Below, piece by piece: positions 49,080 to 57,197 of a stretch of DNA of 64,000 nucleotides (position 1 is the stretch's first letter; every line of letters begins with the position of its first letter). The notes below the pieces were generated by a model. That model ran no database searches, was not told the origin of the DNA, and saw only the letters and a program-made list of their open reading frames with translations. A program made the position numbers and the translations under genes. Origin of the DNA: Deltaproteobacteria bacterium (lineage in GTDB: Bacteria > Desulfobacterota > WTBG01 > JAGOGO01); contig JAGOGO010000002.1 of the NCBI GenBank assembly GCA_017996625.1, forward strand, positions 1,017-65,016, written 5' to 3'.

Positions 49080-49530
49080 TTGTTAGCAGCAGTTAAAAGC
49101 GGCCGCTGAAGGGAGAATCAAAACTGGCCATTTTCGAGGATAATACCTTGTGAGAGTATAGCCACTGGTAAGGAGATGGCTGTGTGAGTAACTACTTGAA
49201 AATGGCCAAGCAGAACCTGATTCTTGCTCTCAAAACCTTAGGCTGGTCCATGCGACATATCCAATGGGAGATCGGTGTGCGCCGCGAGGCCATCTCAGAA
49301 TACGTGCGCTGCTCGGATGCAAAAGCGGCCATTTCGCCCACCGGCCCTCTGCGCATGCTGAATTGTGATACTGGTCTGTACTGAACAACGACACACCGTC
49401 GGTTCTTGAATGTCGCATCACGATAGACGCTCTGGTGGTGAACCTTCTGTGTCCCAGAAGTTAAGTATTGTGTCTCCGGACTTTCGGATTATTACATTAA
49501 GTATGGTGTCCCCAGAATTCTCCTTGCCGT
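49080..49530. mobile_element. IS21-like remnant: about 35 aa IstA-type N-terminal HTH fragment (49184-49384 ORF) followed by terminal-repeat copy 3 with three TGTGTCCC-type direct repeats
   Basis: ORF MSNYLKMAKQNLILALKTLGWSMRHIQWEIGVRREAISEYVR resembles the IS21 IstA HTH (…IK…G.S.R.IA.ELG.SRNTV.KY). Bases 49315-49530 align with copies 1 and 2. No intact transposase follows. Confidence 0.4.
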
Positions 49531-49576
49531 TAGAAACTAAGAATCAAGATATGAACCCGATTGTTGCACCACTACT

Positions 49577-52500
49577 TTATAGGTAATCCTGCCACGTCAC
49601 AATCGACGATTGTGGATCAAGAAAGAAATCAGTATCCTTGAATAGGAAGTAAGGCCAATCCTTTGAAATACTTGACTCAGCTAGTCTATATCCTGCTTGG
49701 TCGTACCAGTCAATGTGATGTTTCTCCTTTACGGGGAGAATGCGCAGTTTCGGTCCCGTGTACGTTGAGAAATCATCGACAAGTGTAACGGGAATTTTCC
49801 GTTGAGTCGGATAGCGTTCGTCTTCTATCGTAGCTCTAGCATCCTTTCTTTCGAATATCCATTTATCAACTAATCTGGGTTCCAGAACAGCATCGCTGAT
49901 TTCGCCGACGTTGTTCCAATACTCCTTGGCTATAACTGCAGCATCTGGGCGCGTGTAGGCTTCTTTCCTTGTCAGGAGATGTGTAGCAATAGGATCAAGC
50001 ATACCCCAGCTTATCATATCCTTATACCATAACACCGACCACGGCAATTCGCATCGCCGCCAGCGTTCCAGAAAATCTCCATCGCCGCCATCATGCTCAA
50101 GAATAGACCCAATGGCTGATCCAAGAGCCCAATTCAATCCATAGATAAAATACTTAGATGCAAAGTCATACCAACGAGAAACACTCTTGCCTGATGGAAT
50201 GCGATCGGATCTATAAGGTGCCATCCACCAGGTCAACACATCTTGCCAAGCCACAGTGGACTTCCCGCTTGTTAGATCACGAACTCCAAAGGCTTCAATC
50301 TGGCTAATCGCCTCAACTAAGGAGGTGATATTGTTGATCCGCTCGGAATCGTTCCAAGTGACGAAGTCCACTGCCTTCGTCATGATGGTCTTGATATTAG
50401 AGAGCTTGGAGATCAGCACCTTTCCATCTCTCGGCGCCAAACCTGTATGATATAAAGCGCGGCGATATTGTTTTTCAGGATAAATGAACTCTGTTATTGC
50501 TTTTCCTCGCTGCAGAAATATCTTTTCTGCAATTGAGTCACTGAAACCCATTTTACAATGAAATGCTAGTGTGTTATGCCACAGCGACCGAAGTGAATCC
50601 TCCATATTTGCTTCGGGATTCAAGCCTTCAAGTTCGACAATACTAGTGAGCAATTGCTGATCAAGCGTATCTAAAGATCTTAAGAGATTCCCTTCCTCGC
50701 CTTGCGCCGAAGAAAATGCAGTCCGTTCAAGCCAAGCGATAAACTGATTGATATCCTTGCTCCCGGATAGGCGCGACCAGAGATTCTCAATCCGAATTGT
50801 CAAAGCATACAACGGAGAGTTTAGTCTTTTGACGTTTTTGACTTGCCGCTCGGTCATGGCGCGGATGATCTTCTCATATGCCTCTTGAGAAATCTTCTGA
50901 GCTTCTCCAAGGGCATTTGTGGAAAGTAGTACAAGTGTTTTACCCTCTGTAGAAACTCCTGGCCTTCCAGCCCGCCCCGCTACGTTAATTATCTCCCTTG
51001 AGGTCACAGGTTGTCTTGAATTCACAGGCTGTCGAAAGCGTAAGAGTGATGGTATCAGAATTGTCTCAAAAGGAAGATTCACGCCTTCAGACAGAGTTGA
51101 GGTTGCAATTACGATATTGATTACATGCTCTTCAATAAGTTCGATGAGAAGGCGAGACATCACCGGCGGCATCTTGCCATGATGAAGGACTATACCCTTC
51201 TGAAGGAGACGGTGTTCACGGGAAATCGGACCGAAGTAATCAGCGCATGAAGCCAAACAGCGAGATAAAAGGGCTTGATCCCTGCTGCGCTTTGGCTGCC
51301 CGAAGAAATCTGGATATTGGATGTCTGCCCAATCATCTGTGAGTAACCTTATGAATGTTTCAGCATATTGTTCAGGGTGCTCGGTTACTGATATAAGAAC
51401 CGAGTGTCTTTTCCCGTCCAAAGGTCGAGCGAAGTGCATGGCCGCCCATAATAGATGTGCCCGCATGCGCTTCTCAACACTATCATCTTTCTTAAAAGCC
51501 CTTATTACCGGCGGATGCGGGGGAAAAGGGTTAGCAACGTAGGGGGCACTTTCCTCCTCATTAACTAATAGACGTTGTCCATCGAGCACATCATATCGAA
51601 TAGTGGTCACTCCATTGTCACTACACCACAGTTGGCCAAAAAGTTGACGAGTACTTCTATAATCTGGGGCAATAGCGCGAGATTCATTCTTTCCTGTCAT
51701 CCAAGCTGACAGAACATCCCGGATATCTGTTGCTACAGCAGACAACGCTACGAATGTGGTATGTGGAGAACATAAGGTTTTCAGCCGAGAGACAAGGCCC
51801 TCCAACCGTAGAGAGCGGCTTTGAGCTGTGGCCAGAGCTTCGTAATCCCCTGTGAATGCAACTGAATGGGCCTCATCAATAATAACGCATGATAGCTTTT
51901 TCAGCATTGTTTGACCTAACAAGCGAAGAAGAGCATCTGCTTTTTCATGCGTCGAAATTAATACGATAGGTTGTTCTGCAATATTGGTTAGGTCCGATGG
52001 GCCAAAATCATTGCCACCATAAAGTGACGTAACTACGACGCTCGTTGCTCTGATGTTGCGCAAAGAGCGTGCAATGTTCGATTCAACCTCACTCGAAAGT
52101 GCTTTTGAGGGAGTGAGATAGAGAATCAATGGGGCGTCATTCTTGATGTGTCGATCTTCATGTCCAAACAAATGACGTAGTATCACCAATTCCGCGACAC
52201 GCGTCTTACCTGAGCCAGTAGGTGTGCAAAGAGCAAAAGAACCTTCTGATGCAATGCCAGCAATACCAGCTTGCTGAGATGGCCAAGTTAGTATCTTTCT
52301 TTCCAGAAATGCGACTCTCGCATAACGGTTTAATGCCTGACGACCGTCATCGGATACCTTTTCTGTGAGAGGTAAGAGCGATGTCCAAAGAGCCTCGTTC
52401 TTAAACTCTCGTGCGATTGCAGCGAAAATAACAGAAAGCAACCAAGAGAACCTATCACTATCGTAACGTAATGCGCTGGCGACCTTCTCAAGAGTCTTTA

Positions 52501-53152
52501 TAGCCGAGTCGATCCGCACCTCATCTCCCCACCTCATCCATGCTGTAAGTACTCCGATCGCGCGTAATAGCTGATTGAGAATCACAATACCTGTCTGATG
52601 TTTTGTTGAATCGCCTTTACCACCATGTCGCCAAAAGTCTAGCAAAAGTCGTTGTGCTCGAAAAAAATCCGCACGAAGAAGAGCTGTAAGAATCTGTGAT
52701 GTCTTATCCGGTAGAGTATGTTCAGACAATATTCCTAAAGCTCTCGCGGGGTACCCAGCTAATTGGTAAATGGATGCAGCAAGGAGTACCACTGGAATTG
52801 GGAAATCGACAGGTGAACTTGTCGCCGCCCACTCAAATATCTCTGCAGCGCGGCGCAGGTACCTACGGCTATCGGACATATCTGGAGCAGCCATTCCAGC
52901 AATCAAAAGCTTTTCACCCTCGGTTAAACGAACAATGAGTTCATCATTTGTCCATGAAGGCAGTCCCTTCGCACCAGCGCGGAGCCTTGTATGTTGGGCA
53001 TAGAGGCGTGCAATACCCCGACTGAGCGATGGTCCGGCCACGCGCTCTGCAAAGTCGTGAATCAAGTCCAAGCTGCCTTCAGCCATATATTTCATTTGGA
53101 GCCATCCATCCTCTCGTAGAGTGAAGAGATGAGGATATGAACGCCAGGGCAA
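49577..53152 (-). CDS. large SF2 DExH helicase, HamB-like (Hachiman-type helicase partner of DUF1837)
   Basis: Motif I CTPTGSGKT, II VIIDEAHS, VI VAGRAGRPG. 1191 aa with long N- and C-terminal extensions. The start overlaps the upstream DUF1837-like gene by 61 bp. The helicase call is secure; the Hachiman assignment is inferred from gene pairing. Confidence 0.5.
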   Translation of the reverse strand: MPWRSYPHLFTLREDGWLQMKYMAEGSLDLIHDFAERVAGPSLSRGIARLYAQHTRLRAGAKGLPSWTNDELIVRLTEGEKLLIAGMAAPDMSDSRRYLRRAAEIFEWAATSSPVDFPIPVVLLAASIYQLAGYPARALGILSEHTLPDKTSQILTALLRADFFRAQRLLLDFWRHGGKGDSTKHQTGIVILNQLLRAIGVLTAWMRWGDEVRIDSAIKTLEKVASALRYDSDRFSWLLSVIFAAIAREFKNEALWTSLLPLTEKVSDDGRQALNRYARVAFLERKILTWPSQQAGIAGIASEGSFALCTPTGSGKTRVAELVILRHLFGHEDRHIKNDAPLILYLTPSKALSSEVESNIARSLRNIRATSVVVTSLYGGNDFGPSDLTNIAEQPIVLISTHEKADALLRLLGQTMLKKLSCVIIDEAHSVAFTGDYEALATAQSRSLRLEGLVSRLKTLCSPHTTFVALSAVATDIRDVLSAWMTGKNESRAIAPDYRSTRQLFGQLWCSDNGVTTIRYDVLDGQRLLVNEEESAPYVANPFPPHPPVIRAFKKDDSVEKRMRAHLLWAAMHFARPLDGKRHSVLISVTEHPEQYAETFIRLLTDDWADIQYPDFFGQPKRSRDQALLSRCLASCADYFGPISREHRLLQKGIVLHHGKMPPVMSRLLIELIEEHVINIVIATSTLSEGVNLPFETILIPSLLRFRQPVNSRQPVTSREIINVAGRAGRPGVSTEGKTLVLLSTNALGEAQKISQEAYEKIIRAMTERQVKNVKRLNSPLYALTIRIENLWSRLSGSKDINQFIAWLERTAFSSAQGEEGNLLRSLDTLDQQLLTSIVELEGLNPEANMEDSLRSLWHNTLAFHCKMGFSDSIAEKIFLQRGKAITEFIYPEKQYRRALYHTGLAPRDGKVLISKLSNIKTIMTKAVDFVTWNDSERINNITSLVEAISQIEAFGVRDLTSGKSTVAWQDVLTWWMAPYRSDRIPSGKSVSRWYDFASKYFIYGLNWALGSAIGSILEHDGGDGDFLERWRRCELPWSVLWYKDMISWGMLDPIATHLLTRKEAYTRPDAAVIAKEYWNNVGEISDAVLEPRLVDKWIFERKDARATIEDERYPTQRKIPVTLVDDFSTYTGPKLRILPVKEKHHIDWYDQAGYRLAESSISKDWPYFLFKDTDFFLDPQSSIVTWQDYL

Positions 53153-54012
53153 TGGAATTCGACTGATGTTAGTTCACGCATCCCAGTATATCGTTCGTGG
53201 GGAGAGTCTGTTGGAATCCATGTCTTCCTAAGCTTGGGGCAATCACCACAAACATACACACTCAAGTCGCAACGAACGGAAAGCTTCCTCGATGCATATT
53301 GCCACCAATATTTCTGCAATGCGGAGATCCAAGTTCGGCTGTACTTGTCATCACGATAATCCTTCAACGCATCGATCAGTCGGAGCAAGTCAATTGGTCG
53401 AGTCACGGCCTGACTGAGTTTCTCATGATTATCGGATATCAGTTGAGACGAATGATCTCTGGTACACTTCGCTTCGCATGCCAGCCAAGCTATGATATCC
53501 CCATCCTTATTTAGCGCAAAAGCTAGGCCGTCATCGCCTGTCCGCCCTATTACTTGCCTCGACCACTCATCAGTTTGTTTCATGTATTCGAGCTGCTGGA
53601 AAGCAATTACATGAGTGCGAAAAAGGTAGACCGGAACTTTCCATTCGTATTCACCATCTCCTGCATAGTATTCGGCGACAATTCCGGCGATAATCTCGCC
53701 AAAGAAAGCTTGAAGAGCGATATTGCCCAGCTTGTGTGGATATCCAAAGGCCGGGTCGATTTCAGTATCATAATGGAGAGGATGTAGTGAGTTTTCAAGT
53801 GGTGCCCGCAAAGATTGGCGAGCACCATCATGGGCGTGGTCAATATATGTGAAAAGTTCATCTAGTTCGGGTTGAGTAACGGTCCGTTTAGCGCGAATAA
53901 GCAGATGGCAATAGCGAGGGGATTTTTTGTTATGAGTCTTCTCTACCGTTAGCCAAGAATTTAGCAGTCTCAGTCGCGGATGTTCAGCAGAAACTATTGG
54001 GTCGGATTGCAT
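53092..54012 (-). CDS. HamA-like (DUF1837-like) PD-(D/E)xK nuclease-fold protein
   Basis: LNKDGDIIAWLACEAKCT gives a D...EAK nuclease motif. 306 aa, translationally coupled to the helicase. Confidence 0.4.
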   Translation of the reverse strand: MQSDPIVSAEHPRLRLLNSWLTVEKTHNKKSPRYCHLLIRAKRTVTQPELDELFTYIDHAHDGARQSLRAPLENSLHPLHYDTEIDPAFGYPHKLGNIALQAFFGEIIAGIVAEYYAGDGEYEWKVPVYLFRTHVIAFQQLEYMKQTDEWSRQVIGRTGDDGLAFALNKDGDIIAWLACEAKCTRDHSSQLISDNHEKLSQAVTRPIDLLRLIDALKDYRDDKYSRTWISALQKYWWQYASRKLSVRCDLSVYVCGDCPKLRKTWIPTDSPHERYTGMRELTSVEFHCPGVHILISSLYERMDGSK

Positions 54013-54490
54013 ATAACTATGCCCCGTATCTAAATGAGCATTTCTCGAACTTATGTCATATCTTGGGGAGGGGTGGGGATGTTATTCACTGGATTAACTA
54101 ACGACCATGCGACTCAGATTAGGGGCAATCGCTGCGGCCGATATCCCACGCTGTAGTATGGTTTCCGCTACCCCCATCCCCTGCTTCACAAGCTTCTGAG
54201 TACACTACCCTCGAAAACACAGTTTGTGTACCCAGTGAACAACGTCCCCGGCTAGTTCCCTATCATTAAGCAGGAATTGCTCTCGAACCGCAGTGGAAAT
54301 TATTCGGGATGAATGCGGTATGTGCAAAATCATACGCTCCTGTCAGCCTGCGGTATACTGCTGTTGGCCGCATATGATAAGAATTTACGGAACAGGTAAG
54401 CAAGCTAATACAAGTCATCCGATATCTTGTGTGATCACGTTTAACGCCCTCTCATTCAATGTCCCTATTTTCACTCGATTGCTCGGTAAT

Positions 54491-54832
54491 CTATGGTTCC
54501 TTCAGAGACAAGACTTCTATCTCACCTGATAGGGTATCAAAAAGGAAATGATCAACCTTGTCGAGTTCTCCCGGTATTAACATCGGCGCCCTTTTCAACA
54601 TTGCCACCCACGAGGAGTCTGCTACTTTGAAGGTGTTTCCAAGTCTCTTGAGTCTAAAGTATTTTTTAAATCGAAACGCTACACAATGCTTAAACAAAAC
54701 CAGCCACTTTTTGTTTTTACTGATGTCCTCAAGGCATATAGAAAGATGATTGTCGGATTTTAAAATAATCTCGTGGCTGGCAAGATTATCGATACGAGAC
54801 AAAGGCGTCTTCCACACTTCTATTGAATCCAT
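54491..54832 (-). CDS. hypothetical 113 aa protein downstream of retron RT
   Basis: ORF only, 175 bp from the RT stop. Confidence 0.25.
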   Translation of the reverse strand: MDSIEVWKTPLSRIDNLASHEIILKSDNHLSICLEDISKNKKWLVLFKHCVAFRFKKYFRLKRLGNTFKVADSSWVAMLKRAPMLIPGELDKVDHFLFDTLSGEIEVLSLKEP

Positions 54833-55007
54833 ACCGATTTTTTATTTCTGAGACTGTTAGATCATGATGATACAGCAGTCTTCTGCCTCGCTGAATTTAC
54901 AGAGTCTTACTCGGTGAAGTATAGACCCTGCTTAGGGTCATTCTGAGCTGGCAGGAAAAATATACTATGCGTGCTGTAGCTCGCCCTAGACCACCTCTTG
55001 TGCGTTC

Positions 55008-55934
55008 CTAGATGTTGCTCAATACTCGTTTGCCGTATTTTTGTTCCATCCGTTCGACAAAATTCGGTTCGATAGAGCGGGCAAATGCAAGCATGCCGCG
55101 GAGTGAACTTTTTTCCTGGGGAGTGAGATGTCCCGTTATAAGATGATGTATCTGCGCTCTAATACGGCGCTTCTTTTCTCGGCCAAGTGACACACGGCCT
55201 GCATTAGAGAGAACTAATCCGGTTACCATCCGACGATGAGCTTTTGACCCGAAAATTGTTTTCTTCTGATTAATTTGCAGCTTAGGAAATGGCAGTTGTT
55301 GTATCACTTGAAGAACCCTATTGAGAACTTCTGATCTAGCTGCCTTCTCCATCATGGAAAAAGTCATATCATCGGCATACCTGGTATATGTGATACTACG
55401 TTGGCAACAATAGCTTTCAATTTCACTATCAAACCTATGCATGATGGCGTTGGACAAATAAGGAGAGGATGGAGCACCGACTGAAAGCTGAAGGTTGTGA
55501 ATTCGTTTAGGATACCAAAAAAGAATCCTTACAAGCAACTGTAGATCGAGCTCATCGAGGTCCAGGTTGTTGAGTTCTCTTATGTACTGAATAAAATCAT
55601 CTCCCTTGATTGAAGGAAAGAAATCCACGAAATCAAGCTTCAGCAAATAAGGCTTGGCGACATGAAGTTCAGAGTTGTTTAATATATTCTTTGCCTTTAT
55701 ATAGGCAGTTGCGGACGGATGAATTGGCAATCGTGGAAATAAATTCTCAATAACCCAGTACTGGAGCCTTTTAACCTCCTTAGCTGGTTGGGCTATGGTG
55801 CGCATACCAGTTCCAGATCGCTTTGGTACCTCATAGACCTTATAGCGATAAGGTGCACTTCTAATTAAGTATTCCAAACGTTCCTTTGGCAGAAGTAAAT
55901 CTTTAGACAATTTGGCTAAGAGTGAGACTACCAT
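55008..55934 (-). CDS. retron-type reverse transcriptase
   Basis: All retron RT signatures are present: PKRSGTGMRTIAQPAKEVKRLQYWV, LKLDFVDFFPSI, SVGAPSSPYLSNAIM, YTRYADDMTFS, VTGLVL. 308 aa. Confidence 0.85.
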   Translation of the reverse strand: MVVSLLAKLSKDLLLPKERLEYLIRSAPYRYKVYEVPKRSGTGMRTIAQPAKEVKRLQYWVIENLFPRLPIHPSATAYIKAKNILNNSELHVAKPYLLKLDFVDFFPSIKGDDFIQYIRELNNLDLDELDLQLLVRILFWYPKRIHNLQLSVGAPSSPYLSNAIMHRFDSEIESYCCQRSITYTRYADDMTFSMMEKAARSEVLNRVLQVIQQLPFPKLQINQKKTIFGSKAHRRMVTGLVLSNAGRVSLGREKKRRIRAQIHHLITGHLTPQEKSSLRGMLAFARSIEPNFVERMEQKYGKRVLSNI

Positions 55935-55947
55935 AAAAAAGTCCGAT

Positions 55948-56916
55948 CTAACTCGTTTGCCTAAAATGTGAAATCAATGCCTTGTATTTTTGCTTATTGT
56001 GGTGGATGTAATGATCATTAAACATTATTGTCCAACGATCCCGATCCATGCCACGAACGTTTGCCGTCTGTCTATAGGCAATCGCGAGCCGAGGTTCGTG
56101 CGCGCAAGTGCGGTAATAGACATTGTGGCCGTATTGCTTTTTTTCAATCAGCTTCAAGGATTTCAGTAAACTCAAATATTTGCTTAGTTGATATCGTTCA
56201 TACCGTATATCCAGCCATTCGAGAAATTTGTTTAATTCATCTAAAGATGCGAGCTGCACAGTCTCCAGCAGATCGAGCATTAGTAGCATGACATGCCCTA
56301 ACTTATCTCTGCTGAACGATTCGGACTTTGGCAATTCCAAAAGAATTTTCATTACTGTCTCTGCGAGGTCTTCCACATCAAAGAAATCATCCTGCGTGAC
56401 CGACTCGTCATTATTATCCTTGTTCCTCCAAGTATATACTGTAACTGGGCTATCTTTGCCGTTCTTTTCTGCAATCTTCATAATATGCAGGATGGGTCCT
56501 CGCCAAATAAAAGATTTCTTTTCCCAATGATCTTTGTGCATGACTACCAGAAGTCTTTCCCGAATAGTATCCAGTACTGCAAACGAACCGAGCTCAGCAA
56601 TTGAGCCAGGGCTCTCCGAGAAAATTATTGTCAAAGCAGATAGCTCAGCCAAGTCTCTTTCAAAGTCAAGAAGGTCGGTGTATTCTGAGTGGTAAAAATA
56701 GTCGAAAACATCCTCTGCTAATACAATGTCCTGGCGATACATGTATTTGCTCTGACAGATATATTTGCAAAAGGCATCGCGACAAGAGTGCGGGGCTTTG
56801 TGGGAGTCTGTGATTTCACCACCACACAGGAAAACGAAGGAAGGCAACTTGACGACACGGCTCTTCGTCAAGTCAATTGATGATATCCATTCTCTGTATA
56901 TTGGATCTATTTCCAA
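55948..56916 (-). CDS. retron accessory/effector protein with N-terminal nucleoside 2-deoxyribosyltransferase-like (NDT) fold
   Basis: VFLCGGEI... and ESPGSIAELGSFAVL resemble the NDT family D.G[TS].FE.G.A catalytic-Glu motif. 322 aa with a TTG start. It lies 14 bp upstream of the RT, the Sen2-like arrangement msr/msd - effector - RT. Confidence 0.45.
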   Translation of the reverse strand: MEIDPIYREWISSIDLTKSRVVKLPSFVFLCGGEITDSHKAPHSCRDAFCKYICQSKYMYRQDIVLAEDVFDYFYHSEYTDLLDFERDLAELSALTIIFSESPGSIAELGSFAVLDTIRERLLVVMHKDHWEKKSFIWRGPILHIMKIAEKNGKDSPVTVYTWRNKDNNDESVTQDDFFDVEDLAETVMKILLELPKSESFSRDKLGHVMLLMLDLLETVQLASLDELNKFLEWLDIRYERYQLSKYLSLLKSLKLIEKKQYGHNVYYRTCAHEPRLAIAYRQTANVRGMDRDRWTIMFNDHYIHHNKQKYKALISHFRQTS

Positions 56917-56920
56917 TAGA

Positions 56921-57085
56921 ATGCTCTTTACTTAGAGGCAGGCATGGTGGCCTTCCTCGGCTTACCGACGGTGAGCCGAGGAAGGCCACCATGCCGGTAA
57001 GTGTTATCAATCCGTAAAAGTCCAGCGGAACGCCGGACAAAGCCTAAAAACTGCTTATCCTCTAAAGAGCAAGTTCTATCCTTGC
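56921..57085 (-). ncRNA. candidate retron msr-msd non-coding RNA
   Basis: Read on the minus strand. A TTGACA -35-like hexamer sits at about 57100. It is followed by a1 GCUCUUUAGAGG (57070-57059). The msr hairpin is GUCCGGCG-UUC-CGCUGGAC. A perfect 22 bp stem GGCAUGGUGGCCUUCCUCGGCU / AGCCGAGGAAGGCCACCAUGCC with an 11 nt loop (56943-56997) is the proposed msd. An imperfect a2 CCUCUAA(GUA)AAGAGC (56938-56923) abuts the effector start. Confidence 0.4.
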
Positions 57086-57197
57086 AAGATTTCAGATGCT
57101 TGTCAATGGCAAACTTAATATTCAGTGTTTGATTTATTATATTCCCGCAACAAATATCCATGAGGTAGGATGTTTCTTGCTAAGCATAAAACCCTTC

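Noticed and set aside
54013-54490. 480 bp intergenic region upstream of the HamA-like gene searched for ncRNA or repeats
   Set aside because: It has only weak G-rich/C-rich inverted segments (ggggaggggtgggga / cccccatcccc) and no convincing structure or repeat-family match.
56943-56997. 22 bp hairpin as an intrinsic terminator of the DUF499 gene
   Set aside because: There is no U-tract after the stem and it sits 200 bp past the stop. A retron msd stem fits the context better, though the two readings are not mutually exclusive.
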